Source: Lama guanicoe (lineage: Eukaryota). Taken from it: 64,000 nucleotides of DNA. The position numbers were made by a program, and so were the translations under genes. Below the pieces are notes generated by a model. The model was not told the DNA's origin. It saw only the letters and a program-made list of their open reading frames with translations, and did not search any database. The DNA lies in the NCBI GenBank assembly GCA_013239625.1, contig MU054049.1:2235892-2299891 (forward strand), in the 5' to 3' direction. Below, in pieces: positions 25,853-38,559 of this stretch (positions are counted from its first letter, which is position 1; the number at the start of each line of letters is the position of its first letter).

Positions 25853-27790
25853 GTAATTAGTGATATTGAGCATTTTTTCATGTGCTTATTGGCAGTTTGT
25901 GTGTTTTCATTGGAGAATTGCTTATTTAGGTCTTCTGCCCATTTTTGGATTGGGTTGTTGGTTTTTTTGTTTTTGAGTTGTATGAACTGTTTGTATATTC
26001 TGGAAATTAAACCTTTGCCAGTCACATCATTTGCAAATATTTTCTCCCATTCTGTAGGTTGTCGTTTTGTTTTTCTTACAGTTTCCTTTGCTGTGCAAAA
26101 GCTTGTAAGTTTAATTTGTTAATTTTTGCTTGTGTTTCTACTGCCTGGGTAGACTACCCTAGGAAAACATTGCTAAGATTTATGTTAGAGAATGTTTTGC
26201 CTGTGTTTTCTTCTAGGAGGTTTATTGTGTCTTATGTTTAAATCTTTAAGCCATTTTGAGTTTATTTTTGTGTATGGTGTGAAGGAGTATTCTAACTTTA
26301 TTGAATTTACATGCAGCTGTCCAGTTTTCCCAGCACCACTTGCTTAAGAGACTCTTTTCTCCATTGTATATTCTTGCCTCCTTTGTCAAAGATTAATTGA
26401 CTGTAGGTCTGTGGGTTTATGTCTGGGCTCTCTGTTCTGTTCCATTGATCCATATGTCTGTTTTTGTGCCAATACCATGCTGTTTTGATTACTGTAGCTC
26501 TGTAGTATTGTCTAAAGTCTGGGAAAGTTATTCCTCCAACTTTGTTCTTTTTCTTCAGTATTGCTTTGGCAATTCTGGATCTTCTATGATTCCATGTAAA
26601 TTTTAGGATTATTTGTTCTAGTTCTGTCAAAAATGTCATAGGTAATTTAATAGGGATCACATTAAATCTGTAGATTGCCTTGGACAGGATGGCCATTTTA
26701 ACAATATTGATTCTTCCAATCCAGAGCATGGGATATCTTTCCATTCCTTTAAGTCACCTTTAATTTCCTTAATCAGTGTTGTGTAGTTCTCCATATATAA
26801 GTCGTTCACCTCCTTGCTGAGATTTATTCCCAAGTATTTTATTGTTCTGGATACGATTTCTAAAAGAGATTGTTTCTTTACTTTCTTTTCCTGCTATTTC
26901 ATTGTTAGCATCAAGAAATGCAACTGATTTCTGTATGTTAATCTTCAAAACTACAATGAGATATCACCTGACACCAGTCAGAATGGCCATCATTAAAAAG
27001 CCCGTGAATGGTAAATGCCGGAGAGGATGTGGAGAAAAGGGAACCCTCCTACACTGCTGGTGGGAATGTAGGTTGGTGCAGCCATTATGGAAAACAGTAT
27101 GGAGTTTCGTCAAAAAACTAAAATAGATCTACCATATGATCCAGCAATCCCACTTCTGGGTATATATCTGGAGGGAACTCTAATTCAAAAAGATACATGC
27201 ACCCCAATGTTCATAGCAGCACTATATTATAATAGCCAAGACATGGAAGCAACCTAAATGTCCACTGACAGATGACAGGACAAAGAAGTTTTGGTATGTT
27301 TATGCAATGGAATGCTACTCAGCCATAAAAAAGAATAAAGTAATGCCATTTGCAGCAACATGGAAGGACCTAGAAGTCATTTTTCTAAGTGAAGTAAGCC
27401 AGAAAGAGAAAGGAGAATACCATATCATATCACTCGTATGTGGAATCTAAAAAAAGAAAGAAAAAAGAGAACACTAATGAAGTCATCCACAAAACAGAAA
27501 CAGACTTGCAGACATAGTAAACAGTCTTACGGTTACCAGGAGACAGAGGATGGGAAGGGGTTAATTTGGGAGTTTGAGATTTGCAAAATTAACTGATATA
27601 TATAAAAACAAATTTAAAAGACAAGTTTCTTCTGTATAGTACAGGGAGCTATAGTCATTATCTTGTAATAACCTTTAATGAAAAAGAATATGAAAATGAA
27701 TATATGTATGTATATGCATGACTGGGACATTGTGCTGTACACCAGAAATTGACACATTGTCACTGACTATACTTCAATATTTAAAAAAAT
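25853..27790. mobile_element. 5'-inverted (twin-primed) L1: minus 25853-~26944, plus ~26945-27790
   Basis: TSD aaaactgcttcta (25840-25852 and 27791-27803) at a TT/AAAA site. Minus ORF2 ORF 26307-26744; plus ORF2 C-terminus ([18 protein letters not shown]...CWWEC). Confidence 0.93.
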
Positions 27791-29978
27791 AAAACTGCTT
27801 CTACAAGTTTTCCACTTACAGCACCTCTTTTCCTACTCTGAAGAAGAAAGTCATACCCCTAATTTTATTCTACAGCATCATCCTGGGAAATAAAAATCTC
27901 AGGCCATCAAGCAAAGGGACAACTGGAATGAGTGGTTTTGGGAAATCTTCTTTTAATGAATAATCAAATCACTGTATACCTGCTTAGTTAGGGAATATTT
28001 TCCTGTCTTATACAAACCATATTTCTAAGGCTTCAGAACTAGGATATGTTGACCTATGATTGCATGTTCTGAATGTAGATACGGATTGACAAAGGTGACT
28101 TCATCTCCTCCATAGTCAAATGCTGTTCTCTAAGGAAGAGCTTCTGAGGGAGAAACCTTTGAGAGCAAAGTAAAGTACATTTCAAATGACAAAAATGGCT
28201 TTTAGTGCACATTTGAATAGCTGAAGCACTACATGTTAGTGAAGCCAATAACTGGAATATTTTCTTGGACTATTTCTACCTCCTGTTAATAAAATTGAAT
28301 TTATATTCTTGCTGCCGGATTGATTTGTTTTTAGCAGTATAGTAACTACAGTAGGTTTTTCGTAATCTCATCTTGGTGTTTGCTCCACACCCTCTCTTGT
28401 GTGGTAGCATGAAATTCATAGCCTACGTAAGTTTTTAGATCATAACAAAAGCACATGATGGAATTCCCCTGGAAACCTGGTGACTGACCCAGGCCTGAAT
28501 CCTACTTGACACCTAATTTAGACTGTAGTAACATTCTGAATCTTAAGTCTGATTTTACTTTGCCCAGACCACACATATCTTCATAGATACTTTTTATCCT
28601 GGCTAACACTACTTCAGCATCGATTTTTCCAGCACTGAGAGAACTTAATCTGCTTTAATTTAAATATACAGTTTACTGTGTCAAATATAAGAACATTTAA
28701 GAACATTGTGAAACTGTGTATTTCCTAAATTTAAATAGGTCCACATAAGATATTTATAAACCATCTCTGTAATATATATGTCCATTAGGGACTCCATTCT
28801 TCCTTTTCATTCTCCATTCTCTTCCTCCTTGGATGGGTGGTAGTGGGTGGATACATGAAAGAGAGAAAGAGAAGCTAGTGTCTCTATTTCTGATGTGGCA
28901 TTTAAAAAATTCTACCACATCATTGTTACCTGTTAGTTGTTTACCTGTTTGTATCCCATAATAGAGTATGAATTCCTTGGGAGGGGTGAAACCTGCTTCG
29001 TCAACAGAAGTCCCTTGTAGCATATAGGATGGTACTATCCATATTTGAATGAAGACATACTCAATCTTTTGTGAATGGTAATTGTAATTCTTACTCAAAT
29101 ATTTATATTTTCATTTAAAGAGCAGGCCATAAAATGGCAGTTGGAAAAATCTGGCCAAGATTTTCTTTTGCAAGTTTCCTGCCCACATATCTGTTAGCAC
29201 TTTCATAGCTGTGAGATTCACAATGCTTCTGTTGTAAAACTGGCATAGTCCCCGGATCTCTGACAAGTACAGTGGTTTGAAAGCTAAGTCTTTTAAATTA
29301 GTGTATGATGCATGCTTTATTAGAAGCATTGTGGTCTAGTGCAATGATATGATACTGATAGCTTCAAGAGTGCTCTTGGGTGTGACATGTAAATAAGAAG
29401 AGGGCTCTAGGTGGAAGACTATACCAGTGAGGGCATGGTTTGTGGCTGAGCTGGGATCAGCAGGACAGGACAGGACTGGCATTATGGAGATAATGTGGAA
29501 AGATTTGATAGATTCCTGCAGGGTGCTCCCTTGGGCAACCTGTTAGTAGCTGAGGAAGTCCGGTCCTCCTGAAAGGATCAAACAAGCTTATAGTAAAGGT
29601 CAGAGCAAACTGGATATCTAGTCCAGAGTATTGGGCAACATTTGAGGGAGCAGATTTTAAGATTATGTGGAGCAAGAGTTCGTCAGGTCAAGGGTTTTCA
29701 GAGCAGTGGCAGAGAATTCACCCATCCATGAATGGGTTTTGACTTTAGGCAGGCAGCGTTTTTAATACTTTCCCTTTATAATTCCTGCTGCTTCAGGGAC
29801 ATGTCATGGCAGCTATCTTAAGAGTTTGAAGGTGTTGGTTGGAATGTCAGTAGTGGGGAGAATAGACATGTAATCAAACACAGACTCTGCAGTCTGTCTC
29901 TCTTGGGACTGCCTTTTCTGCATGTCACGTGGCACTGTGATCATAGAATTAAAAGTACTCTGAGGCAGTCCAACTTTG

Positions 29979-30095
29979 TTTTGTTTTGTTTATTTTTACT
30001 GAGGTACAGTCAATTACAGTGTGTCAGTTTCTGGTGTACAGCACAATGTCCCAGTCCTGCATATACATACATATATTTGTTTTCATATGTTTTTT
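29979..30095 (-). mobile_element. Short L1 3'-end insertion (different subfamily)
   Basis: TSD cagtccaactttg (29966) and cagtcccaactttg (30096); T-rich tail. Confidence 0.8.
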
Positions 30096-30812
30096 CAGTC
30101 CCAACTTTGATGCAGAGTTTTTATGGATGTTGGAAAGGCTTGCTTGATAACCATTGCTTTGCCCTATTTCAGAATTGTTAAGAAAACTTGGCCCTCCATA
30201 ATCAGGCCTTTCACCTCAGACACCCGAAAGGAATCAGAATTCTTTATGAAACACTTGGAATATGTGTGAGTCCATCATCTGTTGTATTAACTGCCAGGGA
30301 CGCTACTCTTTGAAGAAATATTTTCACCTATAAGTTTTAGGTCTTCCAGAGAGCTTTCTCTTAGTTGGAATTTTAAAACTAGAACACAGAGATATTTGAA
30401 AAGAGAATGTGAGTCAAGGGATAGATGACAATAGTTGAGAGACAATAAAAAGAAGCAAAATGATAACTCAGAAATTTTAAGTTATAGTTTAAAATCATAG
30501 AAACAGTAGGTTGATGACTAAGGTGATGATTTTCTTAAAATTGGAGAGTTAGTTTATCATGTAGAATTAATGTATTACCCAGCAATCCCTTATGTTTGTC
30601 TGATAGTTTGTCATTGGGAAAATGTTAAAAAAAAAATCTTTTCCTGTGTTATGTATTTAAGATGTGTTCGCCCAAGCTTTAGTCTACAAAGGAGGACCTG
30701 GAAAATACAGGAAAATGTCAATGGCACTGTGTTCCAAAATCTCCCCTTGTAAAGTTTCAGTTTTTACAATAGCTGTAAGCCCTTCTTATAGAAGTTCTCC
30801 TTTTACAACATA

Positions 30813-31115
30813 CAGTCAGTCCTCTATATCCATGGGTTCCACATCTGCATATTCAACTTCAAATGGAAAATATTTGGGGGAAAAATTCCAGAAATTTCCA
30901 AAAAGCAAAACCTGAATTTGCTGCAGCTGTTTACATAGCATTTACATTGTATTAGGTATGATAAGCTATCTAGAGATGATTTAAAGTATACGGGAGGATG
31001 TGCATAGATTATATGCTAAAACTACAGCATTTTATAAGGAACTTGAGCATCTGCGGATTTTGGTATCCGTGGGGGTCCTGGAACCAACACCCCATCAATA
31101 ACTGAGGGGTGACTA
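30813..31115. mobile_element. Tigger3/MER2-like Tc1-mariner MITE
   Basis: TA flanks; ends cagtcagtcctc and gaggggtgacta; internal tagagatgatttaaagtatacgggaggatgtgcatag. Confidence 0.85.
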
Positions 31116-31714
31116 TATTCCTATTATCATTCTTGGAGGAGGAGTAGAAGGAGGCCCTAAAACACAGGGCGGAATTGTACATGTATATAGTCCATAAGAA
31201 GGAGTTTTAATAACCTGGTTAAATGCTAATGGATTCACAATTCTGCTGCCTGCTAACTGACACTTTAGGGAAAACTGGTGTCCTTGGTGTTCCTTGTTGA
31301 TGCCATCACTCTACTGCCACTGCCAACATTGTGCCAAACTGCTTGCCCTCCCTCTACTTTGCTCTTAAAGTCCTGGATTCTCATAGACTCCTCAGGCTAA
31401 ATTATGAGGCTTACAGTATTCAGGATACATTTTTCAGCAGAATGAATATAATTGGCTGCTGAGAGAGGTGTCAGAACAGCTCTCTTATTGGTGGGACTGA
31501 AGGAGAAGCAGCTGGAGCTGCAAAATCAGGCCCTGGGTTGGGTTGGACTTGATTTCTGTTAATTCTGAGAATCATTGGTTTTTTTGTTTCCTTGAGCATG
31601 TTTAGCCACACTTTATTCCTAATAATCAGTTTGAAATTCTATGTTAATTTTAAAAATACATATTCTAACATGAGCGTTTAATATTGTAAATAGATAGTCC
31701 AAATGCCATCTGGT

Positions 31715-32215
31715 CGAATGCTTTCAGCTGCGAGTAACAGAAAACCCAACCCAACCTGGCTTCAACAGTGAAAAAGTTGACTAGGTCATGTAACAGGAGG
31801 TCTATGTACAAGGTGGGGATGTGCTCCCGGGGTGGGTGAGCCGTCGTGTCAGGCACACTCAAAGACCCAGGTTCTTTCTGCCCGTCTGCTCTACCGTTAA
31901 TGGAGTTTACTTCATTTCAAGGCAGATTTCCCCTGATGTTGTAGGTGGTTGCCAGCATTCATGGCTGTACCTGACCTTGTTCATGGGAGGAAGGGAGGGA
32001 GAGAAGCTTGTCGCTGTATCTCAGGGTGAGAAGGTATTTCCGAGGTGCCTCCAACAGATCTCACCTCATGAGCCAGAATTGTGCTCTTGCTGGTCAACCT
32101 GCTCCAGGAACAGAGAGTGAGGTCAGCATCCTGAGATGCATGGTAACTCCAGGGAGAGGGATACTGAAGAGACTGGGGCTCTGGTGAGGAGGAAGAGGGG
32201 ATGGCAACCAACAAT
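31715..32215 (-). mobile_element. Old MLT1 MaLR LTR
   Basis: gctttcagctgcgagtaacagaaaacccaac...ggcaaccaacaa. Confidence 0.6.
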
Positions 32216-32349
32216 ATCCTCTCTAGTCATTTTGTTATAATGCTACTCTTTTGAGGTCTGTTATGCCATAAGTCTTTTGAGTTAAAACTATCTTTTATGT
32301 GACCATATCAGATGTCTGTCTTTTTTTTCCTGAGTAGTGTGATTTCTGT

Positions 32350-33700
32350 TGTAAGATGGCAGAGTGAAGCCAAATTTCAAAATATCCATCCTTTTAGACT
32401 AAAAGATATGAACAGCAAGTGGGTAAAAACTAGCAGAAATACACCAACAGGAAATTCAAAGAATGCAGCTGATGGTCAGTGAGAGAAACGAAAGTTTCCA
32501 AGAATTCAGAGGGTTTGACTCAGAGTTCTTAACCCCTCACTGTGCAGAGGCTCTCTGAGAGAAAAGGATAATGAGTTTTGTTCTCTCCAAATCCCCAGCG
32601 GCTGTGGCAGGAGAGTGAGTGGGTACAGGCAGTGCTGTGCTGTGGGAGCACAGGGAATTCTAGGTGACTGGAAACCCTTCCCCGGATGTTTCTGTCATGT
32701 GACAAAGGAAAGTGTACTGGAGATCTTTATTTGGTATGTCCAGTTGGGAAAGAAGTAGAGAAGGAAGGCAGAATGCCAGTAAACCCTGGAGCTGATTATC
32801 TTCGTCAGTAAACTGGGAGTTTAGCAGGACACCTGACAGAAGGGGAACCTTCATAAAGCCAGTGTCTGGAGAATAGTAAGTAGAGGAAGGGGCGCGTCGG
32901 GAGCCCCCGTGACTGGGCTCCGTTCCCCCTCACTCGTGGACTGGGTGGGGTGCGTGGTGGGTAGTCAGGATCTGGAGGAAAGGTAATGATTACAGAGGAG
33001 CCACCTGGGCCGACTCTTTCTGATGGAAGTGAAATCTCACAAGGATTGTGGGAATTACAGAATGTTAGAGAGGATGAGGCTCCATCCCTGGGAGAGGAGA
33101 AAGCAGGGTCAGGCTGCCTGTAGCCCTGGTCCCGGCTGAGCTGGATCCCTTTTCCCTTTTTCACACTCCGTGAGCCTCCCATCCCTCAACACACCTGCAC
33201 AAAGCTGCTATAATGGAGCACAGCTTAGGATGTGGCTGGGATGGGAGGCTTCCTTTGGACTCCACAGTAATACACAGAGGTGCGCCACAGAACATCTTGT
33301 GAAGACCATCCTGAGCCAGCGAGAGATGCGGCCAGGCCTCTGCACACACAGCAAGGTGGAGAGAAAGGCACCGGAGAAAGACGCAGTCTGTTCTAGAGGA
33401 AATAGTAATTTCCCTTTAAAATAGAAGAGCATTCCTCAGTAAATTGTTAAGAACCAGAGTTTCATAGAACATGGACTCAGAAATGATGATCATAATAAAA
33501 TAAGAGAATGAGGTGGAAAGGGGAAAATACGAGACCAAGGAGACAGAGAGAACCAGTTTGCAGAACAAATAAATTAGAAGCAGCTAGGAACAGAGTAGTA
33601 ATGGCTGAAAAATTGACTTAGCTGATGGAGCACAGTCTTGAGACACTCGCAGTGAGTGCAGAAGAAAAAGAAACAAAGATTGAGACAGGTGAAAAGGATA
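32350..33700 (+). mobile_element. Possible very old L1/HAL1 5' region
   Basis: Starts aagatggc; A-rich ORF1-like text at 33460-33700; highly degenerate. Confidence 0.35.
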
Positions 33701-34596
33701 GGTGTGGTGTTGGACCTCCTGGAAGTGGAACTGAGCTTCCGTTTTTTTTTTGTTCAAGTTCCTCTTGTTAAGTTTTTTGGTTGCAGAGAATTGACCATGG
33801 TAGATAGCACTCATTCGGATATATGTAAGCATTGGCAAATGGTGAAAATGAATGTTCATGTTCTTCTTAGAAGAATACCAATGAGATGAAAGATTTATTT
33901 ATAGCCTGAGAGACCAGGAAAATTCCCCTTTGAAGCAATTTGTTTCCTGGCAGTGATACTGAAAGTACCCCTCCCCCACCTCGTGATTTTCTGTGCTTTG
34001 CAGAAACTGGTCTTTGCTAAATGTAAATACTGAGCTGCTTATCTCAGGGCAAGCTGCTTTTCCTACAGCCAAAACCCACTTTGTAGGACAGGTTCTATGG
34101 AGAAAAGAAAAATTTTTTTTGTTCTGTCAGACATCTGTGGTTAATCATTGACATTTTCTGCATTTTTTTAAATCTCTCAAGTAAGTCCGGGTGATAGGTT
34201 AGTGTGAAAGAACAAACAGATCCACTAACATTTACTTTTGTTGACTAGAAAACTGAACTTTCATTCCTTGCATGTCAGCAGGTATGGTTTAGAATCTTTA
34301 CATGGTAAATTGCTATGGCGAGTAGACCATAGAGGAAAAATTAGTTGCTGGAATGGACTTGTCATGAATTATTCATTCACTACCTAGTTCCTAGGAAATC
34401 AGCTGGAGGAAGTAGTTAGTCCAGTTTGATCACAGGAGTGGTATGCAAAGGGCTCCAGCAAGCCCTTACACGTCCGGCGGCGACGGTGTGCTTCTGCTGG
34501 CTGCTGTCGGCCACGCTGCTGTGTTACTGGCGGAACCCAGGGACATGCTGCCCAGGAGAGCTGCACTGGGGACTCCCTCATGCTTCTTGCTCGAAA

Positions 34597-34608
34597 ATGA
34601 AGCTTCAG
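34597..34608 (+). CDS. MARCHF8: Candidate alternative first coding exon of MARCHF8 (MKLQ), in frame with the 56115 exon
   Basis: aaaATGAAGCTTCAG|gtagga. The flanking frame reads ...HASCSKMKLQ, versus recalled Xenopus March8 MHSCWKMKLQ-NEKTLGH. Lies in a non-repetitive patch with locally enriched CpG. Confidence 0.7.
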
Positions 34609-35564
34609 GTAGGAGAAGTGCCCTGTTAGCAGTGGCCAGATTTCTTATTGATCTTAGGGAGGAGTGGCCAGATTTCTCATTGATCGTAGGGAGGCCATTG
34701 GGCCTTATGAAACAAACCTGTATAGGACTGGAATAGCTCAAGGGTGCCCCACTAGTGAGGTTCCCAACCAGAGAAGCTTAGCAGTTTAATTCCATTTTCA
34801 AGGGTGTACTTTGTTTCTAACAAAACTGTTCCGTGGATATGTGAAAGTATTCTTAAGCCAAATAAACATTTAAGTATATAAATGATAGTAATATATTTTT
34901 CATGATATCTCCTGTTGGTGTAAAAAATGTATTTTTTATTGACATAATATTGCCGTATAATTTAAAATCAGGAACTTATGGCTTTGGAAAATCATGAGAA
35001 AGATAACTTAGTTTATCATTTGAATGAGCACAGCTGCAGGCTCCATTGTGTTTTCTAGAGGGATTATTGTTTTCAAAAGGCACCTTGGTTCTCTGTGCTG
35101 GAGCATTCGTTTTAGGAAGATCTTTTAGTTTCTCATAAGATGGAAAATGCATAAAAGATGTAATGGTAACAGAGGGTCTTTGTTCTGTTTGTTAGTATTT
35201 ACCCTGTGTGTGTGCGCGCGTGTGCATGTGCTGTCTCTCTCTCTCTCTTAGTAAGCCAGACATGTAATTTCATTTGGCAGGGACATTCTAATGTTGCCAT
35301 TTGCATGTCTGTCTTATTGTATATGGATGCTCTCTGTTAACTTTGCTGAGGCTATCAGATGCTTTTGCACTGGGGGGGAGGACAAAAATGGTAAAGATGA
35401 AAAGAATCAGCCTCAAGGGGATTGGGCCAAATTGGATATATGCATTTCACCATGAAATATCATTTATAGTTTTGGAACTATTAAGTAAGCAAACATCCAC
35501 GGAACATATACACTCTGAGCTCTGAGACAACCAGAGAAGACGAGCACTCTCCTTCTGCACCATT

Positions 35565-35672
35565 TTCTTAAAGCTCCACAAGAGAAGGGGGTCTTTGTTC
35601 ACTCATCATTCCCAAGGGCCTAGAACAGTCCCTGGCACTTAGTAGGTAGTTTATAAATGTGTTCCCTGAATT
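35565..35672 (+). mobile_element. L2 3' end
   Basis: gcctagaacagtccctggcacttagtaggt...ataaatgtg. Confidence 0.7.
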
Positions 35673-36755
35673 AGTATGTTCTATACTAAAGAAATTGAAT
35701 AATCTTCTCACAAAGGTTATAGGGATTACTTATAGTGTTACAATTTCTATAGTAACTTTTATAACAAATGTTTTCTGAATTGTATTGATAAAGATTTTTC
35801 AGCTAACTTCAAGGATTTATGTATTTGTTGGATACATAAAAATCTGTTCATTTTGCTGTTTGTATAATTAAGGGCTTAAAAAATCAACAATGAATACAAA
35901 GCCTTTAATTTTTCTTCAGCATAACTTTATTTCATATTCAGAAATGAAAATGAAAATTAATGAAAAAGATTGTATTCATCAATACATTGCTAGGAAGATT
36001 ATCATTCTAATCATGCCATGTTCCATGTAACATTTTAAAAACCATTTGATTTGTCATTCTATGTCAGAAGGCTTTTTGAAACTCTAAACCCATTTATTCA
36101 TAACTTTTGGGATAAGTTTGAAACTGCAGTATATATGGTGCTGAGTGGAATTAAGGAGAGCAACATATTCCGCATAGATAACATCATACATGAGAGCTCA
36201 GAGGAACCGAAGGGGGTCGTCTCTGTTAGCTTCTCTTCCCTCTCCTCTCCCCTCCCACACAAGCCCTTTTATAAAGGACAAAACTGACATCCAGAGAACA
36301 TAGGTGACTGGCCCAAGAACAAATGGTTAGCTGTTGAGGTTTTATGCTTGACCACCTCAGATTTTCTAGTTGCTTGTTGCTTTGTTATTGCCACGTTAAA
36401 GCTGCAAAAAAATGAAGCAGATAATCACATTTATTATCAATTTGGACTGTGTTATTTTACTGAAGACAACTGCTGATGCATTTTTGCACCACTTTAAATA
36501 AATTGCCTTAGTCCATTTGGTGAAATACAGTTTTTTATAAATTGTAGGCTTCTCACCCTTTTGTGATGCAACTTTTTTTCCTGAGTTAAAACTGTCATGA
36601 CTAAATGTGCCCTGAATTTTAATTCCAATTTAAACTTCCTACAAAATGATATTTTGTGCCAATTTTGTTATTCCTTAAAACCACCTGGGTTTTGGTTTTA
36701 TTTTTGAGATAAATGTAGATTGTTTCATAATTTTTCTGAATCCTGTTTTATCGAC

Positions 36756-36988
36756 TACGTTGGTCTGCTTGGGCTGCCTTAACAAAACATTCCATGTGCG
36801 TGGAGACAGAGAACGATCTCTCTCTCTTTCCGTTCTCATAAGGCCACCAGTGCTTTTGGATAAGGACTCTGCTCTTGTAACCTCATTTAACCTAAATTAC
36901 CTCCTAAAGTCCCATCTCCAAATACAGTTACTTTGGGGGTTAGGGCTTCAGTATATGAATTTTGGGACACAATTCAGTCCATAACACT
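36756..36988 (-). mobile_element. Internally deleted MLT1B/C LTR
   Basis: ctcatttaacctaaattacctcctaaag...agggcttcagtatatgaattttgggacacaattcagtccataaca. Confidence 0.8.
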
Positions 36989-37489
36989 GACCAAGTAAGT
37001 GTTGTTTTAAAGTGAGGTTTCTAATAAGTTTTTTGTTTGTTTCTTTTTTTTTTTCGGTCAGCTGAAGTTTTAAATAATTCTAATGTGAAGCTTCAAGCTA
37101 TAGGAAGCATCTGTAAATGGAATAATCCTAGTTTTCAGCCTCCTGTGTTATATATATACTAATATTTATATATATATTTTTTTAACTTGAGAGACTGCCC
37201 TGCTCCTTCCTATTCCATCTTCCCCCTACCCCACTTCTCAAGCCAGGATTATAGGAGGTGTTCGGGCTGCACTCCCCAGCATCAGTGGTTACAGGTAGAG
37301 TCCAATTAGAGTTGTCTCAAGGGAAGCATAGACTTGAAACCTATAGAGCTGTGTTTAAATTTCACCTCTGCCATTTACTAAGCTGGGGAATGTTGGGAAC
37401 TTACTGAATTTTTCTGATGTAGATTACACTTCCTCAAGGGAAATGGCTGGTTGGCTTTCCAACACTCATGTGTTGAAATATAATTTTCA

Positions 37490-38245
37490 TAGCCAACAAA
37501 CACATGAAAAGATGTTTAATATCATTAGTCATGGGGGAAATGCAAATCAGAAAGTTACAGTGAGGTACTAATTAATTCCCACTAAGATGACCGTAATCGA
37601 AATAACAGAAAATAACAAGTGTTGGTGAGGATATGGAGAATTTGGACCCTCATACATTGCTGGTGGGATGTAAATAGTGCAGTTGCTGTGGAAAACAGTT
37701 TGGCAGATCCTCAATAAGTTAAACACAGAACTACCATATGACTCAGCCACTCCACCTCAAAGTGTATACCCCAGAGTACTAAACACAGGTGTTCAAGCCA
37801 AAACTTGTACATGAATGTTCATCACACCGCTATTCACTAAAGCCAGAAGGTGCAAACATCCCAAATGTTTGTTGATGAATGGATAAGCAAAATGTGGTAA
37901 ATTCATATAATAGAGTGTTATTTAGTCATAAAAAGGAGTGGAGTAGTGATACATGCTGCAATATCAGCGCACCTTGAAAACGTTATGCTAAATGAGAGAA
38001 GCCAGACACAAAAAGCCGTATTTTGTCTGACTCCATTTATATGAAATGTAGAGATAGAAAGCAGATGAGTGACTTTCAGGGGCTTGGAAGAGGGGAACAA
38101 GATTTCATTTTAGGCTGAGGAAAATGTTTTTGGAACTGGGCAGTGCTGGTGGTTGCCCAACATTATAAATGTACTAAATGTCACTGAGTTGTGCATTTTA
38201 AAATGGTTGAAATGGTAAGTTTTATTTTATGTATTTTACCACAGG
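37490..38245 (+). mobile_element. L1MB-like ORF2 C-terminus and 3'UTR
   Basis: gccaacaaacacatgaaaagatg...aaaatggttgaaatggtaagttttattttatgtattttaccac. Confidence 0.88.
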
Positions 38246-38559
38246 AAAACACAAAAAAAGATGAGCCTACAACCAGAAAAAAAAAAGAAGTAAGTTCAGG
38301 AAAAGGTAAAATCACGATTCTCATGAATACACATTAAGGAATTTATTATACTCATGTGACATGAAAGAACTAGGGGGATGTTTAACCAGTTCAAAGGAAG
38401 AGTCAAAACAGCATGATTTATGTAGTCAAGTAAATGTTGGGACAATTACAAATGGAGACAAGACTGGCTTTTCCATGGGGGGTGTGTGTGTGTGTGTGTG
38501 TAGAAGTCAGTTAAAGTCACTCTCAGGCAGGACATCATTTACATATCTATAAAGTACCT

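Noticed and set aside
28460..28469. Canonical NF-kB motif GGGGAATTCC (minus strand)
   Set aside because: A few matches to the degenerate 10-mer are expected by chance in 64 kb; no independent support.
32888..32962. GC-rich patch with G-runs (possible G4 or CpG island)
   Set aside because: Too short for an island, G-tracts are irregular, and it probably lies in old repeat sequence.
34426..34741. 67-97 aa unspliced ORFs as standalone genes
   Set aside because: Only the SCSKMKLQ part before the donor resembles a known protein. The cacag| acceptor near 34435 is weak and out of phase with the ATG exon.
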